Source: Gemmatimonadales bacterium (GTDB lineage: Bacteria; Gemmatimonadota; Gemmatimonadetes; Gemmatimonadales; GWC2-71-9). From it: 64,000 bases of DNA. The notes under the pieces are model-generated. The model was given only the letters and a program-made list of their open reading frames with translations. It was not told the origin of the DNA and ran no database searches. The position numbers and the translations under genes were made by a program. Location of the stretch: the NCBI GenBank assembly GCA_050733355.1, contig JBOHSY010000473.1, positions 1,095 through 65,094 of the forward strand. Reading direction: 5' to 3'. This document shows positions 9,545 to 21,387 of the stretch, one piece after another. How positions within the stretch are numbered: the stretch's first letter is position 1; each line of letters opens with the position of its first letter.

Positions 9545-11230
9545 ATGAATCGACTTCTTCGTGCTGTTTGCGGATCCGGCGTCCTGGCGATGGCCGGCCT
9601 GTTCGTTGGGTGCGGCGGGGATGACACGACCGGACCGGGCGTGGTGAATCCCCCGTCCAGCGTCACCGCGCAGGCGAGTACCGCCACCTCGGCGGACGTC
9701 ACGTTCACGCCGGTGATCGGCGCGACCAGCTACGTGGTCGAGCGGGCGCCGGGCGCCTCGGGCGGGACGTTCGAGGAGGTCGGCACGCCGTCGACGTCGC
9801 CATTTACCGACCCAGGCCTCGAGCCCAACACGACCTATCGCTACCGGGTCGCCACCGTGTCCGGCAGCACGACCAGCGCATTCTCCAGCGAAGCGCAGGT
9901 CACCACGCTGGCCCCCGGTCGCCAGGTCGTGAATGTCACAGCAGACATCACGACCAACACCACGTGGGTCGTCGACAACGTCTATCGGCTGCAGGGCTTC
10001 CGGAAGGTGACGTCGGGCGCCACGCTGACCATTCAGCCGGGCACGCGGATCGAGGGTGACTTCAACACCATCGGTTCGTCACTCTTCGTGCTGCGCGGCG
10101 CGCGGATCCAGGCCATCGGCACGGCGGCGAACCCGATCGTGTTCACCTCGTCGCAGACGGCGGGCACCCGTCAGCCGGGTGACTGGGGCGGGCTCATCAT
10201 CGTCGGCAACGGGGCGATCAACCGGGCCGATCCGACCACCCTCGAGGGCACCGGCACCAACGCCGACAACCCGCTGATCAACTACGCCGGCGGGAACAAC
10301 AACGCCGACAACAGCGGTGAGCTGCGCTACGTGCGGGTGGAGTTCGCCGGATTCGCACCTGCCGAGAATGCGGAGCTCAACTCGTTCACGTTCGCCGCGG
10401 TCGGCAGCGGGACCGCTTTGAATTACCTCCAGTCGCTCGCGGGCCTCGACGACTCGTTCGAGTGGTTCGGAGGCGCCGCTGATGGGAAGTACTTCGTCTC
10501 GTACGAGTCCGGCGACGACCACTTCGATATGTCGGAGGGCTACTCGGGGCGGCTCCAGTATCTCGTCGCGCTTCAGACCAGGATCCTCCAGACGCGGCCC
10601 GAGGCCGGCGGCGTGTCGTCGGATCCGCAGGGCATCGAGAACGATGGCTGCGCCGGCACGGGCTGCGCGAACGGCGAGGATTCCCAGCCCTTCACGATTC
10701 CCGTGGTAGCCAACTTCACGCTCATCGGGACCCCCGCCGGCGTGACGATCCCGTCGGGCGGCGGCCGCGGTTTGGTGCTGCGCCGGGGCACGGGCGGCTT
10801 CTATGTGAACGGGCTGATCGGCCGCTGGCCGACCGCGGGCTATAGCGTCCGGACCGCCGCCACGACCGGAGCGCGGCAGGCCGCCGGTCTGCTCGATCTG
10901 GACAACCTGCTGGTGGTCGAGACCCCCGCGCTGACCGATGCGGCAAGCGACGTCGCAGTCGACGCCGGCGCGAACGCCATCGAGTATCAAGCCGCCACCA
11001 CAGCCGCGAGCATCCTCACCGCGCTGCCCACTGATCCAGCCGATGGGGCTGCGCTGGACTGGACGCCTACGGCCGGATCGGCGGCGGCATCCGGCGGACT
11101 GGCGACGTTCACCGGGGAGCTGGCTACCCGAGCCGGCTCGGTCGTGGTCGGGACGGCGTTCCGCGGCGCGGCGCATCCGAGCGGCGCCGACAAGTGGTGG
11201 CAGACCTGGACGAACTACGCAGACAACTGA
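9545..11230 (+). CDS. Lipoprotein with fibronectin-III-like domain and beta-helix-like region, partner of the upstream TonB-dependent receptor
   Basis: Lipobox LFVGC. FN3-like segment (TFTPVIGATSYVVERAP...YRYRV). Function unknown. Confidence 0.7.
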   Translation: MNRLLRAVCGSGVLAMAGLFVGCGGDDTTGPGVVNPPSSVTAQASTATSADVTFTPVIGATSYVVERAPGASGGTFEEVGTPSTSPFTDPGLEPNTTYRYRVATVSGSTTSAFSSEAQVTTLAPGRQVVNVTADITTNTTWVVDNVYRLQGFRKVTSGATLTIQPGTRIEGDFNTIGSSLFVLRGARIQAIGTAANPIVFTSSQTAGTRQPGDWGGLIIVGNGAINRADPTTLEGTGTNADNPLINYAGGNNNADNSGELRYVRVEFAGFAPAENAELNSFTFAAVGSGTALNYLQSLAGLDDSFEWFGGAADGKYFVSYESGDDHFDMSEGYSGRLQYLVALQTRILQTRPEAGGVSSDPQGIENDGCAGTGCANGEDSQPFTIPVVANFTLIGTPAGVTIPSGGGRGLVLRRGTGGFYVNGLIGRWPTAGYSVRTAATTGARQAAGLLDLDNLLVVETPALTDAASDVAVDAGANAIEYQAATTAASILTALPTDPADGAALDWTPTAGSAAASGGLATFTGELATRAGSVVVGTAFRGAAHPSGADKWWQTWTNYADN

Positions 11231-11311
11231 GCCCTTGCGGCAGGCTCGGCGACGGTCGGCGTTTCGCACGCCGGCCGTCGTGCTTCCTGGCCCGTGCGAA
11301 GGGATGAGACG

Positions 11312-11938
11312 ATGACGAGACGAGCGCTGCTGGCCGCGTACGCGCTGCTGGCTGCCTGCGACCCCGAGAAGCCCCGCCACGCAACGGTTGACCGCCAGCA
11401 GATCGCGTCGGCCGTCGCCGCAGAACCGCCGCCGGGACACCTCGTCGACAGCGCCCTGCCCATCGCCGAGCACCTCCGGCGTTTCCGTGCGGGCGTGGAT
11501 TCGACGGATCGGCTCCAGGGGGGCTCACCGACGCCGCAGGCGCTGGCGAAGCGGTTTCTGGAAGCAGTCGCGCGGCGAGACACGATCGATCTGGCCCGGA
11601 TGGTCCTGACCAGACCGGAGTTTGCCTGGCTGTATTACCCGAGCCATATCTATCACGACCCGCCGTACGAGCTGGACCCGGGCACGTTCTGGATGCTGAT
11701 ACAGAACAACAGCAGGAAGGGCTTCGTCCGGGTGTTGCGGCATTATGGCGGGCAGCGACTCGAGTACCGCGAGCTGCGTTGTACGCGCTCCGCGAACCTG
11801 AATCCGCCGCTGGAGGAGTCGGAGCGGTGTGCTCTGGAGTTTACAGCCAACAAGCAGCCCGAGTCGCGGCGGATGTTCGGCTCGATCGCGGGCTACGGCG
11901 GCCGCTACAAGCTTGTGAGCCACGCGAACGAGTTCTGA
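11312..11938 (+). CDS. Hypothetical lipoprotein
   Basis: MTRRALLAAYALLAAC lipobox from ATG 11312 (ORF opens at GTG 11294). No recognisable catalytic motif. Confidence 0.6.
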   Translation: MTRRALLAAYALLAACDPEKPRHATVDRQQIASAVAAEPPPGHLVDSALPIAEHLRRFRAGVDSTDRLQGGSPTPQALAKRFLEAVARRDTIDLARMVLTRPEFAWLYYPSHIYHDPPYELDPGTFWMLIQNNSRKGFVRVLRHYGGQRLEYRELRCTRSANLNPPLEESERCALEFTANKQPESRRMFGSIAGYGGRYKLVSHANEF

Positions 11939-11988
11939 TCGGAGCAGTCCCCTTGGCACCGGCGATTCAGGGACCTGGATCTGGCGCA

Positions 11989-12684
11989 ATGAGTGAGGGC
12001 TCGAGGGACGTAGCGCGAGGCCGTTGGGTGAAGGGATTCGGGGCCGTCGCGGCCGCGCTCGGCTGGACGGCCCTCGCGCTGCAGTTCTACCTGTCCATGG
12101 GTCTATCCATCACCCGGGGCAAGGGGTTCCTCGGCGGGTTGATCACTTTTTTCAGCTATTTCACCATCCTGACGAACATCCTCGTCGCGCTGGCGCTGAC
12201 TGCCCCGCTGGTGCGTGTGCGATCGAGCGTCGCCGAGTTCCTTACGCGGCCGGTGAACACCGGCATCGCGGCAAGTATTGCCCTGGTAGGCGTCGCCTAC
12301 GCCTTGCTCCTGCAGCACATCTGGGATCCCAAAGGCCTCCAGCTCGTGGCCGACGGGCTCCTCCACTACGTGATGCCGGTGCTCTTCCTGGCGTACTGGT
12401 GGTTCGCGGTGCCGAGGGTCGACGTGCGCTGGGGCCACGGTTCGCGCTGGATGCTGTACCCTCTTCTCTATTTCTTGTACGCCATGGTTCGCGGCGCCCT
12501 GTCAGGCTTTTATCCCTACCCTTTCATCAATGCGAGTGAGCTTGGCTACCCGCGCGCACTCGCCAACGCTGCCGGCGTCCTGCTCGGTTTCCTCGCGCTC
12601 GCGTGGCTCCTGGTCGCCCTGGGACGACTCAAGCGCGCCGCGATCATCGCCGCCATACCCCCACCTGGGCGGCGTGCGCGATGA
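11989..12684 (+). CDS. Polytopic membrane protein (Pr6Pr-like)
   Basis: ATG 11989 after the preceding stop. About six hydrophobic helices; FFSYFTILTNILVALAL segment resembles the Pr6Pr family. Confidence 0.65.
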   Translation: MSEGSRDVARGRWVKGFGAVAAALGWTALALQFYLSMGLSITRGKGFLGGLITFFSYFTILTNILVALALTAPLVRVRSSVAEFLTRPVNTGIAASIALVGVAYALLLQHIWDPKGLQLVADGLLHYVMPVLFLAYWWFAVPRVDVRWGHGSRWMLYPLLYFLYAMVRGALSGFYPYPFINASELGYPRALANAAGVLLGFLALAWLLVALGRLKRAAIIAAIPPPGRRAR

Positions 12685-12818
12685 AACAGGAGGTGCCGAC
12701 ACCGGAGGCGATGTTGTCGCCGACCGGTCGCGAACCAGCGCGATCGGCCAGGCCGACCTACGCAAACGCCCGCCGGCCGACCTGATTCCGGTTCCCTGGC
12801 GACTTGAAATCACCGGAC

Positions 12819-13577
12819 TCATCCCGCGTCTCGAACGGTAAAGCCCTTCGCCCGCAGGAACTCCCGCGCCTCCGGAATCGTGGAGCCCTGAAAATGAAAG
12901 ATCGAGGCCGCGAGCACGCCGTGTGCTCCGGCCTCGAGCGCCTCCGCGAGGTGCTCGAGCTTCCCAGCCCCGCCCGACGCGATCACCGGGATTCGCACCG
13001 CCGCTGAGGCGGCTCGCAGCAGCTCGAGGTCATACCCTGACTGGGTGCCGTCCCGGTCCATGCTGGTGAGCAGGATCTCCCCCGCGCCGAGCTGCTCCAG
13101 CCGACGCAGCCACTCGACCGCCTCGAGTTGCGTCTCCTCCCGCCCCGCCGAGACCATCACCGCGCGCCGCGCCGCGATCCATTTCACGTCCACCGCCACC
13201 ACCACACACTGGGATCCGAAGCTCGCGGCGAGCCGCTCCACCAGCGACGGATCGCGGACCGCCGCGGTGTTGACCGACACCTTGTCCGCGCCCGCGCGGA
13301 GCGCCAGCCCTGCATCGTCCACCGTGCGGATGCCGCCGCCCACCGTGAACGGGATGAACACGGTGTCGGCCACACGGCTCACCATGTCGAGCGTGGTGCG
13401 GCGGGCGTCGATCGTCGCGGAGATGTCCAGGAAGACGAGCTCGTCGGCGCCCTCGGCGTCGTACCGCGCGGCCTGTTCGACCGGGTCACCGGCGTCCCGG
13501 AGCGACTCGAAATGAACGCCCTTCACGACCCTGCCGCCGGACACGTCGAGGCAGGGAATGATGCGCCGCGCTAGCAT
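12819..13577 (-). CDS. hisF: Imidazole glycerol phosphate synthase cyclase subunit
   Basis: [20 protein letters not shown]... and HisF-typical barrel motifs. Start set at ATG 13577; the 41 upstream codons of the ORF lie inside the NUDIX gene. Confidence 0.95.
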   Translation of the reverse strand: MLARRIIPCLDVSGGRVVKGVHFESLRDAGDPVEQAARYDAEGADELVFLDISATIDARRTTLDMVSRVADTVFIPFTVGGGIRTVDDAGLALRAGADKVSVNTAAVRDPSLVERLAASFGSQCVVVAVDVKWIAARRAVMVSAGREETQLEAVEWLRRLEQLGAGEILLTSMDRDGTQSGYDLELLRAASAAVRIPVIASGGAGKLEHLAEALEAGAHGVLAASIFHFQGSTIPEAREFLRAKGFTVRDAG

Positions 13578-14047
13578 ACGCGCAGCACGTCCTCCATCCG
13601 GCCCGCATCGCCCCAGCTGACGAGGACGAGCAGATCCTCCAGCGCCCGCCGCTCCCGCGGCCAGGTGAAGCGATCGCGCGCCTCGGCCGGCAACAGCCAC
13701 TCGAAGCGGTCGTGCTCCGGGCCCATGCGAATGTCGGCGCCCGACTCGACGAATGCGGCGAACACGGGCACGAGCGCAACCTCGTCCGGATGATGCTGAT
13801 AGAACAGGTCGACCCGGCTCAGGTTGTACATGCGAAGTGGGGGAAGCCCGGTCTCCTCGAGAAGCTCACGGCGCGCGGCGTCGGCCGGGGTCTCCCCGGC
13901 CTCGATGTGGCCGTGCACTGTCTCCCAGCAGCCGGGGCGCTTCGCGTTCGGGGACCGCCGGAGTACCAGGCACTCGAGGGCCCGCCCGGCGCCGCGCAGC
14001 ACGTACACGTCCACCAGCGAAACCGTCACCGAGGTCAAGGCGCCCAC
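13571..14047 (-). CDS. NUDIX hydrolase
   Basis: Intact Nudix box [23 protein letters not shown] (about 13847-13915). Overlaps the hisH stop by 13 nt and the hisF start by 7 nt. Confidence 0.85.
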   Translation of the reverse strand: MGALTSVTVSLVDVYVLRGAGRALECLVLRRSPNAKRPGCWETVHGHIEAGETPADAARRELLEETGLPPLRMYNLSRVDLFYQHHPDEVALVPVFAAFVESGADIRMGPEHDRFEWLLPAEARDRFTWPRERRALEDLLVLVSWGDAGRMEDVLRVC

Positions 14048-14649
14048 CGCGCGAACGCGGAGAGCAGCTCGATCCCGGCGCGCTGCGACTTCTCCGGATG
14101 AAACTGCACGCCCACGACGTTGCGCTGCCCCACGACCGTGGAAAACTCATAGCCGTAGTCGGCGGTGGCGAGCACGGCCTCGTCGGGCAGGCCGGCTGGG
14201 TGGTAACTGTGCACGTGGTAGAAGAACTCGCCGCCGTCGACCCCGCGGAGCATGGGGTGCGCACGACCGGCCGGCGTCGGGCGCACCTCGGCCCACCCCA
14301 CGTGGGGCACCGGCAGGTTCACGTCGAGGCGGCGCACCCGTCCCGGCAGCAGGCCAAGGCCCCGGGCGTCGGGGGCCTCGTCGCTCCGCTCGAGGCAGAG
14401 CTGGAGGCCGAGGCAGATGCCCATGACCGGCCGCCCGGCGGCGGCCGCGTCGCGGACGGCATCGCCCAGACCGCTCCGCGCGAGATTGGTGGTGCCTTGG
14501 CCGAAGTTTCCGACACCGGGAAGGAGAACATGGTCGGCGCGGCGGACGGCCGCGGGATCGGCGGTGAGCTCGGCGGCGTGGCCGCCCGCGAGGAGCGCGC
14601 GCACGACGCTCCTTACGTTGTTCACCCCATAGTCCACGACTGCGATCAC
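14035..14649 (-). CDS. hisH: Imidazole glycerol phosphate synthase glutamine amidotransferase subunit
   Basis: GICLGLQ catalytic Cys and FHPEKS motifs. 4-nt overlap with hisB. Confidence 0.9.
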   Translation of the reverse strand: MIAVVDYGVNNVRSVVRALLAGGHAAELTADPAAVRRADHVLLPGVGNFGQGTTNLARSGLGDAVRDAAAAGRPVMGICLGLQLCLERSDEAPDARGLGLLPGRVRRLDVNLPVPHVGWAEVRPTPAGRAHPMLRGVDGGEFFYHVHSYHPAGLPDEAVLATADYGYEFSTVVGQRNVVGVQFHPEKSQRAGIELLSAFARWAP

Positions 14650-15236
14650 AGTACGCCCTTGGTCGAGGGCACGCCCCGGACTCGCGGGTCCAGTGCGGTG
14701 GCCGCGTCCAGTGCCTTGGCAAAGGCCTTGAACGCCGCCTCGACGATGTGATGCGGATTATCGCCGCGCACCAGGTCGATGTGCGCGGTGAGCCCCGCGT
14801 TGGTCACCAGCGCCCGAAAGAACTCCGGCGTGAGAAACACGTCGTAGTCTCCCAGCATCTGCCACTTCGGGATGTCCACCTGGTACGCCAGGAACGGGCG
14901 CCCCGACACGTCGAGCACGACGCGGACGAGCGCGTCGTCCAGCGGCACCATCGCATCGGCGTAGCGGCGGATGCCCGCGCGATCACCCAGGGCCTCCGCG
15001 ATGGCCTGGCCCAGAGCGATCCCGGTGTCCTCCACCGTGTGGTGGCCGTCCACGTGAAGGTCGCCGGTGGCCTGGACCTCGAGATCGAGCAGCGCGTGGC
15101 GCGCCAGTGCCTCGAGCATGTGGTCGAAGAAGCCGATGCCGGTGCGGATGCTCGCCTCGCCCCGGCCGTCCAGATCGACCCGGACGCGCAGCTCGGTCTC
15201 CTTAGTGGTACGGGTGACGTCGCCTACCCGTGGCAC
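14646..15236 (-). CDS. hisB: Imidazoleglycerol-phosphate dehydratase (monofunctional)
   Basis: 196 aa with typical IGPD sequence (GIGFFDHML, HHIVEAAFKA). No phosphatase domain. Confidence 0.95.
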   Translation of the reverse strand: MPRVGDVTRTTKETELRVRVDLDGRGEASIRTGIGFFDHMLEALARHALLDLEVQATGDLHVDGHHTVEDTGIALGQAIAEALGDRAGIRRYADAMVPLDDALVRVVLDVSGRPFLAYQVDIPKWQMLGDYDVFLTPEFFRALVTNAGLTAHIDLVRGDNPHHIVEAAFKAFAKALDAATALDPRVRGVPSTKGVL

Positions 15237-15245
15237 GGAACCTCC

Positions 15246-15268
15246 CGCTCACCGCTCACCGCTCACCG
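15246..15268. repeat. Solo tandem array (CGCTCAC)x3
   Basis: cgctcac-cgctcac-cgctcac-cg spans the hisC stop and the hisC-hisB spacer. Same unit family as R10/R11, with no inverted partner within ~200 nt. Confidence 0.6.
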
Positions 15269-16355
15269 TCGACGATCTGCTCCAGCGCCGCGACCACCGC
15301 GTCCATGTCCTCCTCGGTGCCGATCGAGATGCGCAGGCACTCCTGGAGCTCGCTCGCGCCGGAGACGTCGCGGACCAGAATGCCATGCTCGTCCAGCAGC
15401 CGGCGGAAGACGTCGCGCGCCGGCGTCCGGTGGCAGCGGAGCAGCACGAAGTTGGCGGCGGTCGGGAACACGGTGACGCCCGGCAGCACGCGCAGCCGCT
15501 CGAGCGTGCGGTCCCGCGTGGCCACGAGCGACCGGATCCGCTCGGCCCGGAGCTCCGCGTGCCCCATCAGCGTCGTCGCGGCCGCGAGGGTGATGGCGTT
15601 CACGTTGTACGGCGGCTTGCCCTTCGCGATCTCGCGCGCGAGCGCCGGGTGCGCCAGCGCATAGCCGAACCGGAGTGCCGCCAGGCCGAACGCCTTCGAG
15701 AACGTGCGGAGCACCACCACCCGCGGTGACGACGGCAGCAGCGGGACCGCCGTGGGTCCGCCGAAGTCCTGGTAGGCCTCGTCGCAGAGCACCAGCGCGT
15801 CGGTGGCCTCCAGCACGCGCTCGACCCCGTCGTGCGGGAGCGCGCTGCCGGTGGGATTGTTCGGCGAGTTGAGCACCACGACCCGGGCCCGCTCCCGCGC
15901 GGCAGCCCGGACGAGCGAGTCGACGTCGTACCGGAAACCCGCCCCGAGCGCCACCGGCACGTAGCGCCCGCCGAAGACGTTCGTAAGCAGGCGGTAGAGG
16001 GAGAACGTCGGCGAGGGTGACACCACGGCGCTTCCCGGAGTCAGCGTGGTGGCGAGCACCGCCTGGATCAGCTCGTTGGAGCCATTGCCGACCAGGATCC
16101 CCTCGGGGTGCCACGCGTGCGCCGCCGCGATTCGTCGCAGCAGCTCGGCCGGAACGAACTCGGGATAGCGGTTCCATGGGAGCGCCATCGCGCGCTCGAC
16201 GATCTCACGCTTGAGCGGCTCGGGCACGTCCCATGGGCTCTCGTTCTGGTTCAGCTTCCGGCGGGAGGGGCGCGGGACGAGCGTGTACGCCGGCTGCCCG
16301 CGCACGGCGGGCTTGACCAGCTCGATGGCGGGGCTCGCGTCCGCGAGCGATTCGG

Positions 16356-16359
<4 letters not shown>
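15256..16359 (-). CDS. hisC: Histidinol-phosphate aminotransferase
   Basis: Start at ATG 16359 (MTESLADAS...). Class-II aminotransferase sequence with SKAFGLAALRFGY (PLP Lys). The 637-aa ORF in the track is an out-of-frame extension into the upstream gene. Confidence 0.9.
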
Positions 16360-18623
<2,264 letters not shown>

Positions 18624-18660
18624 GCGCCGCTCGACGGTGCCGGGAAAGTGAAAACCTAAC

Positions 18661-18723
18661 CGGCAGGCGGGCAGGCGGGCAGGCGGCCGCTCGATCGCCG
18701 GTCCGCCGGTCCGCCGGTCCGCC
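18661..18723. repeat. Paired tandem 8-mer arrays R3 (GCAGGCGG x3 ... CCGGTCCG x3)
   Basis: cggcaggcgggcaggcgggcaggcgg (18661-18686), spacer ccgctcgatc, gccggtccgccggtccgccggtccgcc (18697-18723). G-rich then C-rich arms, only partly complementary. Confidence 0.65.
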
Positions 18724-20535
18724 TTACAGGATCCCCCACCATTCCGGGTGGACGTCCAGGGTGACCTCGAAGTCGCCGTCACGGAGCCCGATACCGGCCT
18801 CCAGCCGGATCAGGCGCATCAGCCACTCGATGGCGACGCCCGCGACCGGCCGCATGCCCCTGGTCGCGGCCCACGGCAGGCCGGCCACCGGTCGCCCGGT
18901 CCAGCCTGCCGCCACGAAGGGGGCCACGATCGCGGTGCGGCCGGTGGATGCGTACGACCCGAGCGGGATGGCCGGGACGGGCGCCTCCAGCCGCCACTCC
19001 ACGCGGCCGAGTGCGAACTCGCGGCCGCCCCAGGCCCGGAATGGTTCACCGACGAGCGTGCCTCGCCCGCCGAGCACGAAGGAGCGATATGCCGGCAGGC
19101 CCGCGGTGCCCACCCCGGCGTCGGCCTTGATGAGGAGCTGGCTGCCACCGACCGGGAGCAGCCAGGCGGCCGCACCCGCCGCGCGGAAATAGTCCGTCGG
19201 ACCCTCGCCGACCTCGGCCGAGACATGCCCAGCGAGTCCGTTGCTCGGCGGGGCGGCCCCGGCGCGCTCCAGCCGAAGGCGCGCAAGGCGGTACTCGCCC
19301 GCGCCGAGCGCGGGGTTGGGGCGATAGCTGCCGCGCGACGGTGTCGCCCGCACGTCGAGGGAGCGACTGCGTTCTAGCCCGAGGTCCAGCGACACGGACC
19401 AGAGCCCCCCAAGCGGCTGGCGCAGGCCAGCCCCCGCCGCGTCGAGCAACACATAGTCGCCGGCGTCGTCGCCCCCCTCCTGGGCGCGGAACGAGTTCAG
19501 AAAGCCCGAGATCACCCGCAGCTCGCTGAAGTCCGTCACCTGCCGTCCGACGAAGCCGGTGAGCTCCGCGGGGCCGACGCCGATGTCGACCGCGAGCTCG
19601 CCGGTCAGCCGGTCGTCCGCGGTGCCGAACCCGATCCTGGGCCGAAGCCGGACCCGGCTCGTCCCCAGACGCAGCGTGCCTCCGAGCCCGAGGGTGAGCC
19701 CCTGTACCCGGTTCACGCGCACCACGTCGCTGATCGACCCGACGGCGAGCCGGCCGGCCGGCAGGCCGCTCAGGCCGCGCGTGCCCGCGATGCGCTCCAC
19801 CTCGGCGCGCAGCGCCTCGATGTCGCGGCGATCGAGCGGTGGCGTGGCGCCGGCGATCGCGTCGCGCAGCGGCACGGTCCATCGGGGGTCGTCCGGCTGC
19901 GGCCGCCGGAGGCCGCCGATGTCGGCCCCGGCGAACACGACGGCCGGGAGGGCGATGCCGAGCTCGTAGTCGCCGATCTCCCACCGGCCGCGGATGATGC
20001 CGCGTGCCGGAAAGTCGAGCCAGCTCGTCCGGCGCCGGATTTCGATCTCCTGGCGAAACGGGAGCCAGAAGCGGCCTTCCACCAGCGAGTTCTCCAGCAG
20101 GACGCTGATGTCCTCGAGCTGGCGGTCGAGGTAGGCGGCCGGGGTGAAACTGAACCGGAAGCGTACGACCCGGGTGGACGCCGCATCCAGGTACAGGGAG
20201 CCGACCACCAGCGGCGCGGCGAAGTCGCGCGGACGCACCCTCAGCTCGCGCACCCGGATCTCGCCGGCGGCGCTCCGGATCGAGAGCGAGTCGCCCAGCG
20301 CAAACTCGTACGCCTCGAGCCCCGCCGGTGAGAGCGGGTGGGGCACGTCGCGCACCTCGTCGCCCTCGCCAATCCGGATCACGTCACCGAAGTCGTTGGT
20401 GACGATGCCGAGGTGGTCCCGGTGATAGTCGATATCGGTCGGCAGAAAGCGTCCGTCGCGCCAGCCGCGGATGACTTGCTTGCTCCGCCCCGGCACCTGC
20501 CAATACACTTCCACGTCCAGCTCGTCCGCCTTCAC
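18724..20535 (-). CDS. Hypothetical protein, possibly an outer-membrane beta-barrel (Omp85-like C-terminal region)
   Basis: 603-aa ORF from GTG 20535, with Gly/aromatic alternating strands in the C-terminal 300 aa. No signal peptide at the called start. The frame stays open upstream to 20781 without a canonical start. Confidence 0.55.
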   Translation of the reverse strand: MKADELDVEVYWQVPGRSKQVIRGWRDGRFLPTDIDYHRDHLGIVTNDFGDVIRIGEGDEVRDVPHPLSPAGLEAYEFALGDSLSIRSAAGEIRVRELRVRPRDFAAPLVVGSLYLDAASTRVVRFRFSFTPAAYLDRQLEDISVLLENSLVEGRFWLPFRQEIEIRRRTSWLDFPARGIIRGRWEIGDYELGIALPAVVFAGADIGGLRRPQPDDPRWTVPLRDAIAGATPPLDRRDIEALRAEVERIAGTRGLSGLPAGRLAVGSISDVVRVNRVQGLTLGLGGTLRLGTSRVRLRPRIGFGTADDRLTGELAVDIGVGPAELTGFVGRQVTDFSELRVISGFLNSFRAQEGGDDAGDYVLLDAAGAGLRQPLGGLWSVSLDLGLERSRSLDVRATPSRGSYRPNPALGAGEYRLARLRLERAGAAPPSNGLAGHVSAEVGEGPTDYFRAAGAAAWLLPVGGSQLLIKADAGVGTAGLPAYRSFVLGGRGTLVGEPFRAWGGREFALGRVEWRLEAPVPAIPLGSYASTGRTAIVAPFVAAGWTGRPVAGLPWAATRGMRPVAGVAIEWLMRLIRLEAGIGLRDGDFEVTLDVHPEWWGIL

Positions 20536-20701
20536 GAGGCGCGGTGGTCCGGTGAGCCCATCTCCGATCTGCGCCAGGAAGAAGACGAAACCGTGCGCGC
20601 GCGTCCGCCAGCTCCGGAGCGCGGAATCGGCCTGGGCCTCCTGCCGTCGCTCGACGCCTGCGCGGGCGAAGGCGAGAGCTTCGGGAGACTCCCATTGCGC
20701 C

Positions 20702-20807
20702 GTGAGAGGTGAGAGGTGAGAGGGAACAAGACGAACCCCATCCCCGCAACTGAGCGCCGCCAGGCCATGAGCGTTTTCCTCTCACCTCTCACGTCTCACC
20801 TCTCACC
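20702..20807. repeat. Tandem-unit hairpin R4 (GTGAGAG x3 / CTCTCAC x4)
   Basis: Left arm gtgagaggtgagaggtgagaggg (20702-20724), ~54-nt spacer, right arm cctctcacctctcacgtctcacctctcacc (20779-20807). Arms are complementary. Confidence 0.85.
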
Positions 20808-21387
20808 AGTCTGCCGGGTGATCGCCCTGCTCGCAATCGCAGCCTGCGCCTCGCCCAATCCGGCCGCTCCCGCCCCGAAGCCCGCCGGCACCACCGGCGA
20901 TCCATCGCGGACGTACGCGCTCGACCAGGTCTTCCTGCTCGAGGTCGGCGGCGTGCCGCCGGGCGATACCACGCTGACCGTGGCGCCGGGCGCCCGGCGG
21001 GTGGTCGTGCTCCGCCACGGGCCGCCCGACAACCTCGTCTTCGCGGAAGTGACTCTCCCCGCCGAAGCGTTCGACAGCGCGGCGCCGGCGCCCGACCCGG
21101 TCCGACTCTCGCTCCGCCCGCGTCCCGGCGTGTACGGCGTCGACCTGGAGGGCCCGACGCCGATGGCCGGGGTCACGCTGACGTTCAAGTATCCCGTGCA
21201 CTTCTCGGCGCCGGTCGACGCCACGCGGAAGTACGGCAACGACGTGGCGTTCGAAGCGGTGCTGGCCGTCGGGCAGCTGCTGCCCGCGGGCGGAATCCGG
21301 TTCCTCGTCTCGACCCGGCCGGCGTCCGACAATCTTCGCGCGACGGTGCCCGGGCCCGGCAGCTACGTGGTCGGAGCGCCGAAGTGA
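20767..21387 (+). CDS. Hypothetical lipoprotein
   Basis: ATG 20767. Lipobox LAIAAC. The N-terminal LSPLTSHLSP is the translated right arm of R4. Stop overlaps the trpE GTG (GTGA). Confidence 0.55.
   Translation: MSVFLSPLTSHLSPVCRVIALLAIAACASPNPAAPAPKPAGTTGDPSRTYALDQVFLLEVGGVPPGDTTLTVAPGARRVVVLRHGPPDNLVFAEVTLPAEAFDSAAPAPDPVRLSLRPRPGVYGVDLEGPTPMAGVTLTFKYPVHFSAPVDATRKYGNDVAFEAVLAVGQLLPAGGIRFLVSTRPASDNLRATVPGPGSYVVGAPK

Noticed and set aside
5006-11473. Minus-strand ORFs 5006..6778 (590 aa), 7570..9708 (712 aa), 10079..11473 (464 aa)
   Set aside because: They lie antisense to the histidine kinase, the TonB-dependent receptor and the lipoprotein. Composition is low-complexity Arg/Pro/Gly-rich, with no signal peptides or catalytic motifs.
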